Assembly (NCBI GenBank): GCA_038087875.1
Contig: JAXLNO010000073.1
Coordinates: forward strand, 620,001 to 684,000
Origin: Malacoraja senta
Lineage: Eukaryota
Direction: 5' to 3'
DNA length: 64,000 nt
Positions 1 through 13,947 of this stretch are shown piece after piece. The notes beneath the pieces were generated by a model. The model had not been told where the DNA came from, did not search any database, and was given only the letters and a program-made list of their open reading frames with translations. Every line of letters starts with the position of its first letter. The stretch's first letter is position 1. Both the position numbers and the translations under genes were made by a program.

Positions 1-351
1 TCTTCACCTCCCGAGTTTTCATTGGCGCGAACTCCCTCCATCCGTGCTCCTGCCCAGTCTTCCATCACCTTCCAGTTGAACCTAGATCATAGAAAAACCT
101 CAAAAACACTTTGGACAAAGCAAGTTACCATTATACCATACAGTTCCTCTTTTAACCATCTCCAATCATACTCCAATTTTTACCCTTTTATATTAAATCC
201 CAATCTTAATTCCAATTGCTGCTTCTAATTGCAATTGTACTCTCATATTCCCTCACTAATTCCATATTGCCAGATTCCCTCACTAACTCCATACTCCACA
301 GAGAATTAATTTCTTCCGAATAATTTCTTTAAAGGCAATTCTTCAGAGTAA

Positions 352-432
352 GGTCTGTCCCATAATGAATGGCGGTGCTGGCTCGAAGGGCTGAATGGCC
401 TCCTCCTGCACCTGTTTTCTATGTTTCTACGT
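352..432 (+). mobile_element. CR1/HER1 LINE 3' tail fragment
   Basis: GAATGGCGG...CTCGAAGGGCTGAATGGCCTCCTCCTGCACC...TTTCTATGTTTCTA, the same tail as the CR1 copies ending at 27670 and 28150. Confidence 0.8.
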
Positions 433-1129
433 CACTGCCGGGCATTGATGCTATTTCTAGAAAAGTTCTTAAGATGTCTCTCATCCTCCTTCCTTTTGTC
501 TTCCTTTTATCTTCCTAGTAACGGTGGCATGAGGTAAGGCACTCGGGCAGGCTCTTTTCTTCTCCCTCTTAACGATGGTACTTGTTGTTGGGGAGTGGGG
601 GGGTCGCTGATTTTTCAGATATTGCTAAGGGGCAGGACAGTGTCAAATTCTTTCCAGTTGGTTTCCCATTCCCTGGGGAATTACATTACCTTCCGTTGTT
701 CTCCTCCTGCTCTCAGAGGTCTGTATTCTTTTTACCTCGCTCCCCAGGCAGTGGTTCTTTTGCTGACACACAGCCCTGCAGATATAAAACTCAGCAACAG
801 TATCTTCATTCCCCACTCCAGATCCCCCTGCACAATTAACGTATTGGTTCTTTCCCTAGTGCCCTTTTTTTACCTCTCTTCCGTTGGTATGTGTCCCACC
901 TAGCTACTGTGTTGCCTTCCATCTTTCCTTCTTTCCCGAGAGTTTCTGGGAGTCAGTTGGAATGTTTTCCCAGTAATGGAAAGGGGAGATGTATCAGTAC
1001 TTCATTCAAGGCAGAGGACACCTTTAAATTCATTTAGATGGTGTGTGTGGGTGTCCACTGCCAGGTTAGAGCCATTTAGGTGGATTAGGTGGTTGATCTG
1101 GCCCTCCCCCTGGTTCTTCTTGGTTCCCC

Positions 1130-4100
1130 TGTCAGTGTCCCCGTCCTCTGCCCTCAGGGTCACTGGGACCTTGGTTTCCCCGACCTTGTTGATGTCTCCT
1201 CTGTCCCCTTTCCCTGGAATGTGCCCTCATTGGACAAGACCTACTCCAATGTCCCAGTCCTCCGCAGTTGTAGCATTGGTCAGGTCGAATATTTCCACAG
1301 CCTCTCCAACCAAACCTGGGTAGTGAGGGTTCGGTGAAAGGGAAGATCTATCCAGGCTTTCAAATCTTCCTCTTCCTGATCCACACTAGCTCTAACCTCC
1401 TTCATCTGGACTTCCAGTCTCCTGGCCACTGTGGGACCTGACTGTTGTGGTACTGGATTGTCTGTAGCCTAGGGCTCGCCCATACCTGAAGCAATGAAAT
1501 GTCTTTATTTGTCGTTGTAAGGACCGCATACAACAAAATTGTTTTTGCCACTCCATTGGTGCATAATATACAAACATAAAAACACAGGACACAATTTAAA
1601 AACAATGTTAAAAACGAGGTATCAAGATAAGTAAGTAATCAGTATTGCACATGGTGATAGTAAAGTACAAGGTGGGTAGCAGCATGGAAGAGTGCAGCAT
1701 GAATAATACTCAGTGTTTTTTCATATTCAGTGTGAATATTGCTTTGGGGAAGAAACTGTCTCTGAGTCTGGAGGTGCGTGTTTTGACTGAACACCACTCT
1801 GACAGTCGCTGTATCTCGTCCCTGCATGCTGACTCGTCCCCCCCCCCTGAGATGAGCCCAACGACAGTTGTGTCATCAGCAAATTTAATAATCATGTTGG
1901 AAGGGTGGGCGGGTGTACAGTCATAGGTGTATAAGGAGTAGAGGAGTGGACTAAGCACACAGCCTTGAGGTGCGCCAGTGCTTAGTGTGATGGAGGAGGA
2001 GATGTGGGGGTCGGTTTTAACTCTCTGTGGGCGGTTTGTGAGAAAGTTTTTGATCCATGTGGAGATGGGGGAGGAGAGGCCTAGGTCAAGCAGTTTGCTG
2101 ATTAAAGTGTCCGGAATGATTGTATTAAATGCTGAGCGATAATCAATGAATAGCATCCTCACGTAGCGTTCCCGGTGTTCCAAGTGGGTCAGTGAGTTGC
2201 TATGGCGATGGCGTCCTCAGTGGATCTGTTATCTCTGTAGGCAAACTGATGTGGGTCGAAGAGGGAGGTAGGCTGGTTCTGATGTGATGCAGGACTAGTT
2301 TCTCGAATCACTTCATAATCACTGGTGTAAGTGCAATGGGTCATTCAAGTCCTCAGGGACTGGCTTTTTGGGAACAGGAATGATAGTGGCTGACTTTAAG
2401 CAGAGTGGTATGATAGCTTGTGACAGGGAGATGTTAAAAATCGTTGTGAAGACCCCAGCGAGTTGGTCAGCACATGCCTGGAGTACTTTGCTCGGTACTC
2501 CATCAGGTCCAGCAGCCTTACTTGGATTCCTGACCTCAACACACGCCTCACATCCTGTTCCTGTAGTGTGAGTGTGTGGGTGTTAGAGGCGGGTGGAGGC
2601 AGTGAATCTGTAGCAGGCTTGTTAACCTCAAACCGTACTGCCTTTATAGTTGATTATGTGCTGTAACCCTTGCCACACTCTCCGTGGGTCGTTGTGTGAC
2701 AGGTGGCCCTCGAGCCTCCTCTTGTAGGCCACCTTGGCCTCCTTTATACCTCTCTTCAGGTCAGCTCTCGCGGTGCTGTACCGGGCTTGGTCACCTGACC
2801 TGAAGGTGGTGTTGCGGATTTTGAGGAGTGTTTGGACCTCACTCGTCATCCAGGGTTTCTGGTTGGGAAACACCCAGATGTGTTTATTGACTGTGACGTT
2901 GTCAGTGCAGCTTTTAATGTAAAAACGCACAGATTCTGTGTATTCCTCCAGGTCCCCTTGATCGAATAAATCCCATTCTGTGTGATCAAAGCAGTCCTGC
3001 AGCTGGGATAGAGCCCACTTGGGCCATAATGTGATGGTTTTGGTACTTGGCTTTGTTGTTCTTCTGAGGGGGATGTATGCAGGAAACAGGAGCAGTGAGA
3101 GGTGGTCGGACTGGCCGAGGTGAAGGAGAGTTGCAGTTCTGTAAGCATGTTAAATGTTTGAGTATACATGGTCGAAAGTATTTCCCCCCCTTGTTGCACA
3201 GTTCACATGCTGGTAGAAGTTGGGAAGTACTGTTTTAAGACATGCTTGGTTAAAATCCCCTGCTATGATGTGTGCACGGTCAGGATGGGCTCACTGCTGT
3301 TTGTTTACAATGGCTAGTAAGTAGCTGAGGGCAATGCTGATATTAGCATCAGGGGCTAAGTAGCTGAGGGCAATTCTGATATTAGCATCAGGGGGGATGT
3401 AAGCAGCAGTGACGATCACTACACTCAGCTCTCGGGGTAAATAGAAAGGTCGACATAAAACTGAGAGAGCTTCAAGATCAGGACGACAGTGTCGGCAACA
3501 ATGCTGCTGTTGGCACACCAGTCATTGTGTAGATAGACACAGAGTCCCCCTCTCCTGCTCTTACCCGACTCCTTGCTTCTGTCCTGCCTGTAGCTAATGC
3601 AGCCTGCTAGTTGCACTGTGGCGTCAAGGATTAACGGGTGTAACCATCTTTTGGTTATAATCATCACGCAGCAGGTCGGGATGGTGGAGTTAGAAGCGAT
3701 CAGCAGCTTTTACTCATCCATTTTGTGCGTGACAGATTGGGCGTTTGTGGGGAAGATACTTGGAAGCAGAGGTTTGTGTGGTTGCTTCCCCAGCCTCCCC
3801 AGTAATCCTGACCGCATCCTCACTTCTGCGTCCTCGCTCTTCGCCGTCTACGTTGCCTGTCGGTCCAACTCACAATCCACGGTGATTCCAGTGGTCCAGC
3901 GATGTCCTCCTCTATGTTGTAGGCCCTCTGAAAGTCACTGGTGACGGCTAGATTGTAGCGTAGTCCGATGTCGATTAAGTTTTGAACGACTATACACAAA
4001 GTCTGCTTCACACAGATTTGAAAACACAGACGAAAGCAAACAGAAAATACACCACACTAGAGAGCCTAGAGCCGCTGCACTCGTGCACACCACCATCTTA

Positions 4101-5144
4101 TGTCGCCATCAAGTGTTGTCCTGGACAAACATTGCCTCCGGGGATTCCCCTCTAAAATTTCCCCTGCACTGATCCTTTCTGCTGCCATGAACTTGATTAT
4201 CTCCGGATCAGCCCATCCCTGTTCTCCCCTTATCTTATCCCCTGCAAGGTCATCCCTATTGCCCTGGTATCTTAAGAAGGCATCTTTTAATTTTTCACTA
4301 TTCGAGTTTTTGTTTGGCTTTGGCACCCATGTTGACGAATTTTTCCTTCTAGCTCCTGAGTTTCCCTCTCCACTATTTTCCCCTCACGAGGCAATCTCAG
4401 GAGATAGAAAGTTCCTTCTAGAGGTTTCCATACCTTGTTCAATTTTAGGGGAAGGAGCCGGAGTTGGCGCTGACCCCTTCCTGGTGCCTTTCTCACAGCC
4501 TGCACGCAGCTTCTTAGATCTAGGAATATGAGAGTTATCTGGAGGATCCTGTGACTTTTCCTGATTCATCTTTTATTTCAAAGAACTCTGCCCAATTAAT
4601 ACTCCTTGTCCTATTCCTTTCAAAGGGTCCAACCCTATTTCTCTTTCCTCCTCTTCCTCCGCACTTTCCTCCTCTTCATCCAATTTATCCAACCTATCCC
4701 CCGCTAGTGCCTTCCCTTTAGGAGATGCCTCAGCAGTCTTTTTCTCATCAGACAACTCTCCCTCCTGTTCTGGTTTCCGTCTCTGAGTCACCGATCTCCC
4801 CTGTTTCTGCTCTGGGACATTTGGAGAAGGACCCGATATCTTTTCTAATGTTAATTGAGAACATTCCATGGTTAGAGTGGACACCAAGACAATCTCTTTA
4901 TTTATTTTCCTTTGGGTAAAGAATTCCCTCCTTATTTGAATTAATTCTTTTGCCTCTTCGCTATTTCCAAAGTCCTCAATAATTCCCACGACATAATTGA
5001 TCCCTATCAGAGATTGAATCAAAGTGTAGTCAATTTCCCCGATTGCCCCCATAGTCTATCAGCCTCATGGGGGAGTCCTTTACAAATGAACATTATCGGG
5101 CTGCCCTTTAGAATCGACCGGTCCATCTCGACTATGCTTCCCAT
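1130..5144 (-). pseudogene. gag: Disrupted gag-like gene of the ERV (split by Rex1 at 1494-4110)
   Basis: Starts MGSIVEMDRSILKGSPIMFICKGLP at 5144; acidic/Pro-rich middle (ORFs 4573..5052, 4066..4326); CYNCGGLGHWSRSC zinc knuckle at 1234-1275 followed by an R/G/Q-rich tail; multiple stops and frameshifts. Confidence 0.6.
1494..4110 (-). mobile_element. Rex1/Babar LINE, near full length but degraded (endonuclease + RT)
   Basis: Peptides [85 protein letters not shown]; frameshifted, with a short internal tandem duplication (IALSYL twice, about 3320-3395). Confidence 0.9.
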
Positions 5145-6212
5145 CGCAGGATAATGGGCTAGAATCGACCTGTGAAAAGGAGATTCCTAAAGACTGACAC
5201 CACTTCCTCTCGCCTAGTTTCCCAGATTCTAAAATCAATGGAACCTTCTTTCCACAATGGGTCTGTTGATCTTACGATTCACACCTCCTCATACTGCCGT
5301 CCAGTACCTCCTCTTGAGTAATTCAACCTCCTCTCCTCTTATCAGTTAGATTGCAAACGCAGCTCTTTTTTAAATTCCAAACTAAGGATTTCAACTCCCA
5401 AAGACTTAACAAGGAATCTCCCTAAATCCTAAAGAAAGAATCTAACTTCCACCCGCAGTTCTTTTAGGTGACCTCCAGTGGCACAAAGCAATTAAACTTA
5501 ACCCACGTTACAAGCGGTAATCAAAATTAAGAAATGAAAAATATTTCCAACTATCGGTAACTTAAAACACGCCCCGATCCAAAAACTATAACCGAAACCC
5601 CGCTTAATCAATCCTCCTCGTTGCAAATTCAATCAGCAAGAGGACTCCTACCCTCGACACAGCGATCGAAGAAGTGCAGCCCCTGATCGAACCGCCCCAA
5701 CTCGGATTTCTCGAACAATCTTAACCGAGTACGCAGTCCCAATTAACCCCGATAACTATAAATGAAATACAGCAAAATTCAAATCCAACCCGTTCTCGCT
5801 TCGTTTCAAATCCAACCTGTAAACATTTACATCAGCAGTAATACAAAGACGGTTCGCGAACTATTCGACAAATACAGATTCAAGTTTTAAATTTTAATTT
5901 CTAACTACACTACTTATCTATTTACAGACAGAAATATTTACACAATCTGGATTACAGTACATAAAGCTATATTTACACGTTACAAAATTATCTACAGCCC
6001 TAGAGCACAATTCACAAACACTCGGGCTCTTCTCCGCGTCATGCTGGTATCTCACAGTGAGCCTCTTCCGGATCCCGAAAATTTTCCCTTCTAGGTTACT
6101 CTTCGCCGAGGGGTACTATCCCCTTAAATTATTACTCTTCCTCCGTAAAGTCCCTCTGCTAAGACTGGACTTCTATAGGGGGACCTCTATCCCTCCTCTC
6201 TAAGTGCGACAG

Positions 6213-6262
6213 AATAGTAAGGTTAAACGAGAACTTACCAGTTTGAAGTTTGATCTTTATTT

Positions 6263-6295
<33 letters not shown>

Positions 6296-9200
6296 CATTT
6301 TATTTACTGGCGCTTTTCTAAAACCCAAGGACACCTTACAACGCATAGAATCACAAAAAAAAAAATACAAAACACATAATCGGAATAAATTAAATATAAA
6401 AACACCACAGTACACAAATCAAGGACAGAATTCAATTTCAAGAGCACCAAAAGAAAATAAGAAACACAATTCTTCACGTAATCGCTCACCGTAACTCCTC
6501 ATAAAATAAAGATCAAACTTCAAACTGGTATTATTTTACTTCGGAGTCACGTGAGTGATTCCGTGAAGATTTCAAAGCTCTGTGATTTCATGCCGTGAGA
6601 AACGAGTCTCCACAACCACAACTGCTTCATTGACAGATGAGGGAAACATTCATAATGAATAAATAATAGTAACTCCTCTCATTCGGGAGTAAACTAACCA
6701 CTGAACCTAAAATAGAGTTGGCAAATACCCCTGGTCTGGCAATAGGTTATTGTGAAATGTTCAGAAGTTCGTTCGCCTATCCTGCAGTCGCCAGGATGTG
6801 GTCCAGCGGAACGTACATGATCTTTGCTGCTGATGTTGTAGCAGCCCTGGTGGAGTGAGACTCGAAAAATATCAGTATCTACTCCTGTATGAGCCAAACC
6901 CCGTTTCAACCACCTGGAGATGGTCCAAATCAATACCTTTTTATAACGTTTTTTGTAATTAACAAACATTGCTAGTTCAGAGCCTCTAAGGGTCTTCGTG
7001 ACCTAGACGTATTGTTTTATATGTGTGACCATACACAACTGAAGGTTCATGAGGTATGCCATGAAACTAGTTTGAGACTTCAGGTCTGCACTGCTTAACT
7101 AAACATTAAAATATAATATTATTTGCAGATGTAACCATCCTATCCAGTCACAATATGTAGTGACTGAACCCGTTGCGCTGAGACCAGCGTCATGAGGATA
7201 ACTACCTTATGAGAGCCGAGCCAAGCTAAGGATGTAGCTGGAGCCCCCTGGTGAAATAGTGTTAATACCACATCAATATCCCATACTGCCCTGTCCTGGG
7301 AGAACTTGTGTGAAAGATATCCTTTATAACTCGGTATCAAAGGGTGAAACCCGACAGATTGGGTCCCTTTTGCTGCAGCAAATATGAAGGGAAGATACGT
7401 TGGGCACAGTTAATGGTCCTATAACTTAATTTATTGTCCAAGACCCATTTGAAACGAACTCCAAGACGTCAGTTATCTGTACCATATTAGATGTAACTTA
7501 AGTATTTAAACAAATGCTTCCCATCTCCTGAAGAGGAAATGTAATGCTTACCTTTCTTGGTGCTATCCCTGTATTTTGCAGCGAGCACATACATGGATCG
7601 GTCTGACAATCCGAGCCGCAGGAGCGGTCTACTCAGAATCTATAAGTCAATAATTGATTTATCATGCAGAGGCTGGTTTCCCGAGCCACAGGCTGAACCA
7701 GCAAGTTTAATGTTTAGAATAACCGTAAAAGGTTGTATTATTATTCCCGATAAAGCGGGAAGCATAGCTGCATAGACCAGCCAGACAGAACGACCGCCTA
7801 GTGCGGGATCTTGCTGACTTTATTGCAAGATCCGACTAATGAGGCAAAATGAAGGGAGACAAACATAACTTCTTTCTCCTTGTAGCGAGAGGGTATTTTT
7901 TGCCACTGTTATGCCATATTTTTGCAACCGGTAAATGAGCCTGGAAACTAACATATCAATTCGGTATTCCATCGAGCCAAAATTTCATTAAATGCTTTGT
8001 GATCCAACACCCATTTTGTGTTGATATTCCAACGTAAATTGTACGTGATGATATTCCAACGTAAATTGGGACTAGGTAAATTATTACAGGATATTCTGTC
8101 TTGATCGCACCCATGTGACTAATATACGCCACCACCATAGTGTATCAACTTAACATTGAGCATGCAGATTATGCATATTCACTCAATAACCCTTTAACCG
8201 ATAGAATACACCTAGTGTGTATAGGTAGTTCATACCAATAACTGAATAATTGTTAATTGATGCAAATCACCTCTGCCTCTGAACTAGATAGCATTCATAA
8301 TTTTCCACCTTAGAGCCCCATCAGTTTATAATCTAAGCGGATTTTCACTGACCAGATTACTGGAGCAATGCTGAATACTGTTGGTCTACCATAATGACCT
8401 TGGTGGCTTCAGCTGGTAATAGCATAATGTCTGTCACAAGACCTACATGGCATTTAAGAGATTGCTACTTTGCACGATGTAAGTTCCCCCACTTGCACAG
8501 CTGAATTACAGCCACTATGTTGCCAATTATACTTAATGAAGAGAAGGCTGTTTTAGCATAACAAGATTGTTCGAGGCTCCTATTAATTCCAATCTCTTAT
8601 CTCAGGGCGGAGTCACAGGCTAATGAATAGTTAAAGGTAAATCCCAATGATGAACAAATCTAGTTGGTATCACCTGCATTTACTTAAACATAGTTTGAGG
8701 CTGAAAGTTGATTTTAACAACATACAGCGTTAGAATATCCTCAGACAAGACATGACAAATGTTTTTGAGCTCTGAGCAGTCCAAGCATCGGTTTTAGTAA
8801 TCTGGTAAATAACCTGGGAACTGAAGTTAACCCATTTTACAATGTTTTATCATTGCCTTATCCAGATACATTTCAAAATGTCTCCGGTGATCTCTGTAAA
8901 TGGGAGCATCCTAAGGAAATCAGATGCGAAGTTTCCTTTTTTGGGAAAATGTATACTGCACATGCGAGTTAAACGACATTCAGCATCTTTTCCACAATGA
9001 ACAGGCCACGCCTGTGAATTCCGTACCTGTTGGAGCATCAACTCTGGCCCTTTTTCCGAGCCAGTCCCAAAAGCCATTCCTGGCCATAATACTGAGCCTG
9101 CCTCGAAAGACAACTCTGGACATAATTCTGAGCTTGTCTGTAAAGACAAAACTGGCCCAATTCTGTGCTTGGAACCTTAGTATTGCACAGTTTTACATGG

Positions 9201-10447
9201 TTAGATGCCAACCATTTGTGTGTTGTAAGGCCACTAGGACCCCTTTCATCCTTATCAAGGGGAATGCTATTTTCATATAACACATAAACTAAACACATGT
9301 TATCATTATCATTAGTACAAAAACAAGTGTAAATATTACCAACTTGTAGATGGTCACATATTTTTCCTGAGCCTGACTTGGGTCTTGGATTTAAGACCTC
9401 TGTCCAGCTTTCATGCTGCCACCAACTATAGTGATCTGCTTACTGCCAATGATGGCGTGGTGTGTGTTATTGCCGCAACGATGAAGCTTTGCTCGTTGTT
9501 GGTACCTCGATTGGTCCGACAGCTTTTGCTTCCTTATCCAGGTTTTACCTGTTGAATAGGTCTTACCTCAAGAGAAGGTTCGGCAGCTTGTCTTTAATGT
9601 CACCCCTGAAGCATTGTTCAGTCCCGGCATTTATAGCATGAGGGGAACTCTAGCCCCTTCCGGGGATTCTGCCACCTTCGTTTTCGAGGACTCCCTTGAA
9701 TCCAACGCATGAATTCCAGTACGTTCCACAGACATACTTTAGATTTTTGAAATCAGTTACACTGACCACTCGCACTCCCCTCCACAGAGAGGGGGATTCG
9801 TAGACAGCCGTGAACAGGTGTTGCCGCAGGCCCCTGCCTCGTAGTATGCTCACCAGCTATACCTCCGATCTCGGAGTCAGACGTGTGTTCACTTCCTCCA
9901 AGAGGGAAACATCATGCAGCCTTTCTATAGGTGCTGCGGCCAGAGGCTCCCGAGGAGACAACCGGATATAAAGCTCCTCTTGCTGGAGCATTTCGTGCTG
10001 GAACATCCTTTCCATCAGGAGCTCTTTCCAGACAGCCCTTCAACAGTTGCTGCTGCCACGGGCCCCCGAAGAGACCCGCGGATATAAAGCTGCTTTTGCT
10101 GGAACATATCATGCTGGAGCTCTTTTTATAGGCTTTCATGCCTTGGGGTATGCTCCACAATACTTCCAAACTCAGGGTCAGAATAAAACTGACTCTCGCG
10201 GCTCGTCCGGACTGCGCTACAACATCCAGCAGGAAACCTCTGTAAGAAGAGGTTCCTGCAAGAAAACACAACCTGGTAAGAAATAAAAACTTACCTGTAG
10301 GTTTAAACTTACCGCTGGCAGGAGCGCTGAACCCGTTGCGCTGACTAGCCTGCCAGTCCGGTGCTTCGCCATGCGAATGACGTAATGAGACGCATGCGGA
10401 CTGGCGGGGCTTCTTCACGGAATCACACGTGACTCCGAAGTAAAATT
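6213..10447 (-). mobile_element. DIRS1-type tyrosine-recombinase retrotransposon, degraded
   Basis: Left end ATTTTACTTCGGAGTCACGTG on the minus strand at 10447; internal complementary region about 6480-6570; YR motifs TISRWLK and SHSTRAA (about 6840-6930); homologous to the copy at 42971-47536. Confidence 0.85.
6264..6470 (-). mobile_element. LINE (L2-type) 3' tail with (ATA)n inserted in the DIRS right terminus
   Basis: (ATA)n run, then CATTTTATTTACTGGCGCTTTTCTAAAACCCAAGGACACCTTACA, interrupting the DIRS terminal repeat. Confidence 0.6.
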
Positions 10448-10885
10448 AGGGGTACCCTTCACTGTTCGGGTTACTTTTCGCCAAGTGGGGATTTCCCTTC
10501 TCTCAGGTACTCTTTGCTATCAAGTACTAAGTCCCAACGATCAGAGGTCTACTACTCACTGTGGATCAGCTGTTATTTGCAGTCGATCGCGGACATGCGC
10601 CAACTTCGAAGTCCTATGTACAGAGATTCGAATCCCACCTTACGCAGAACCTCAATATGAGATCCAGTATTTAGAAATTTCGCTGCAAATTTGGAGAGTC
10701 GATCTAGAACTCCTAAAATGTAAGAGCCTATCAATTCGTACGCGGGCTCCCGAATAAGCTAGAAAAACGAATTACCCAATTTAGATTCCTTGAACAAACT
10801 AGAGTATTTCGGCCAATCTATACCTAGTTTATTCAAGCCCGGTACAGTCTCGAAGTTCTTCGTCTATCAAACAAGACTGGGATAC

Positions 10886-13623
10886 CGTAAAGAGCTCACA
10901 CAGGTTGAAACATAGGCATCTTTATTGTTCAGGTCATTAACTTCTAAGCAGGTCATCACACGTTCACACTGCTACTCTAACTGGTAGACAGTGGGTAGGA
11001 TCTTACACTATGAATGTTATAATTATTAATCATTCTAATTGGCTTACATGCTATAGCCAATCTACATCTCTTCTTCTATAAATGAAAAATAGATAAAGCG
11101 TTATCGCAATGGTAAATAAATTATTAAATGCAATATACCACATCTAATAATAATGGGGTTAAACATAATCGCCATATCTAACAGGTGGCTTACTAACCCG
11201 CCCGGTCCTCGTACGGTAAGGAGCTGCCTCACCAACCTTTTCTTCCGAAAGGTTAAGGGCATGTTTGGGTGAGCCCAAGAGGCTCTGGGGAGACACCGTA
11301 GGGGAAGACCGTCGTGGGGGTACCGGCGAACCGGTTACAAAAGGGGAAGGGGGAGCAGAACGACGCGGGGAGTGTTGGGGAGCAGCAGCTACAGGTACAG
11401 GAACGGCTGGAACTATGATCACTTTAAAGTTCAGTGGAGGTGCGTCAGGACCTTAGAGCGCCGGACGTCGATCCTTCCAACCCTGGAAGGAGGTGTTGAC
11501 GGTTGCGACTGTAGATGGTACCACCGACATCGACAAGTTAGGAACGTGGAACGTGGAACATGGATGAACCCCAGTTTGGTATGTCCTTTGTTTGTCTGTA
11601 GACGAACCACTTGGCCTTGGATTAGTGGCTTCAGTGGTTTGCTGGTTTTGTCATAGGCACGTTTCTGCGCGTCTCGATTGGATTGCACGCACTTTTGAAC
11701 TACAGCAGGGCTGAAAACTTTGGGCTTTAAGTGATCCTGTGTCACTGGCAGTGGAGGTCTCGTTCGGCGGGACATCAGGCGCTGGGCTGGAGATCCTAAA
11801 ACATTGTCTCTGGCAATATTTCTCAAATTCAACAGGTGCAGGTAGACGTCAGATTTGGCCAGATAGGAGCGTTCCATAAGTTGTTTAGCGCTTCGAACAG
11901 CGCGTTCGGCAAGTCAATTGGACTGTGGGTATTCTGGGCTTCTGGTGACATTGAAAGTTCCACCGTTTGGCAAAGTCTTTGAACTTTTGGCTGGTGAATT
12001 GTGTCCCGTTGTCAGTCTGAAGGCGGGCTGGAATGCCATTGACGGAGAAGTGTTGTCGGAGTTTCTGGACGACTATTTCTGAGGAGATGGTTGGCAGAAA
12101 GTCAATTTCAAACCCACTCGAGTACGAGTCCACCAACACGAGATAGTGCTTCCCGTGCCAGTCGAAGATATCGGCATCAACGGACGACCATGGTAGAGAA
12201 GGGGAAAGTTGGGACAGTAGCTCATTAATTGCTGCAGTCTTCAGCGGATCAGGGTTTAGCCCATTACTTGTGAACACGTGACCTACGTAGGTGACTTTGG
12301 GAACCCTGAACTTGCACATCAGAGGGTGCAGTTTCAAATTGATGTATCTGGCATGGTCCAGCACTTTACGTAGGTTGGCATCGTGCTGGGTGGCATCGCG
12401 GCCATCAACTAGAATGTCGTCAACAATGATGGCCCAAGGAAATTCTGCAAACAGTTGTTCCATTGCACGCTGGAAAACTTCGCTGGCAGAGTTGATGCCA
12501 AAGGGCATTCTTAGGAATCGGTAACGTCCGAACGGGGTGGCGAAGGTTGTTAACGCCGATGAGGCACGGTCTAACGGGATTTACCAGAAAGAGCTTTTGG
12601 CATCCAAGACTGAGAACACCGTTGCGTTACCGATTTGTGCCGCCACATCTTCGGTGGATCCTCATCGGGTAGTGTTGCCGTTTGATTGCTGTGTTCAAAT
12701 CTTTAGGATTGATGCAGATGCGTAACTCCTTCTTGTCTTTCTTTGTGGTGACAACCATGGTGGAGACCCAGTCAGAGGGTTCGCTGACTTCGGCAAGAAC
12801 TCCGATGGAGACCATACGTTTCAGTTCATCGTGTATACCATGCGGGACGCGGTGAGGGGCACGTACGATTGGGGTGACTGTATGGTCAACAATGATCTTG
12901 TATATTGTAGGTAGATTGCCGAGTTTGTTGTCAAACAAGTCTTTGTAGTTGGATAGCATCTGTCTAGTTGGTTCCTCTGTCAAACATCGTTCCACAGGCT
13001 CGTCAGCCTGTGGCATCCGAGCAAAAAATCTTGTTCTCATAAGGATTCTGTTAGACGGCAGTTCTCTAAACTTCCTCAGCAACACCATAGATGTCAATAG
13101 ATTCAGCTGGCACCAATACTTGTCCATTCCCATTGAGTTGAACAGGTGCAAATCCGAACGAGTCAGCACGGATCATAGACTCCGGACCCGCTAAATTCAA
13201 CATTAGCGAAGCGTTCAAATCGTCGGGATCGTTGCTGTGAACGATGCGGATAGAATGAGAGTAGTCCTTCTCAAACATTCGCCATCGCTCGGCGATATCA
13301 GAATCAAACACGAGCGGGCTAGGCTTTCGACAAGAGTTAGCCATGTCCTCAAATCACAAATAAACACGCAAATAAAAACTGGTAAACGAAATAAATCGCG
13401 GTAAACAGACGTGGGGTAGACCCGATTTTCTGACACCATGTAAAGAGCTCACTCACACAGGTTGAAACCCAAGCATCTTTATTGTTCAGGTCATTAACTA
13501 CTAAGCAGGTTATCACACGTTCACACTGCTACTCTAACTAGTAGACAGTGGGTAGGATCTTACACTATGAATGTTATAATTAGGCGGGGTTATAATTATG
13601 CTATATGCCATAGCCAATCTACA
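10886..13623 (-). mobile_element. Gypsy (Mag-like) LTR retrotransposon, internally deleted
   Basis: LTRs 10886-11066 and 13439-13623; 5-bp TSD GATAC (10881-10885, 13624-13628); PBS TGGTGTCAGAA (tRNA-Leu-like, 13428-13438); PPT AGAAGAAGAGA; RT MPFGINSASEVFQ/IIVDDILV fused directly to integrase LVLVDSYS/TDNGTQF/SPAQRLMSRR. Confidence 0.93.
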
Positions 13624-13708
13624 GATACTTACACGCCAAGTTCTGCACCCACGACCGAACCACCTCAACACTATCGACCGCAAACCTGTTGTGTGGCGGT
13701 CTGTAGAG

Positions 13709-13726
13709 ATCCCGGACAAGTCCCCA
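13709..13726 (-). promoter_or_regulatory. Retroviral primer-binding site, tRNA-Pro type
   Basis: Minus strand reads TGGGGACTTGTCCGGGAT, a 16/18 match to the canonical Pro PBS TGGGGGCTCGTCCGGGAT, 1 nt after ...TTATCA (LTR end). Confidence 0.85.
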
Positions 13727-13947
13727 ATGATAATTGCTCGTTTCTGAGCTTCCAGTCTAGTTTCAGTAAAAACACTGAGTCAAGCACTTGCAAAGTTTAA
13801 AGTATATTCTATCAAAATTATAAGCGCATCACAGATCATACACTGTACCTACTATCCCCACCGCGGGTTCGATCCTTGCTTCTGTCTAATCAAGCCCTCT
13901 AGGCCTCGCGTAGATAGAGACACTCCAGAAGTTCTCCTGAGGATCGG

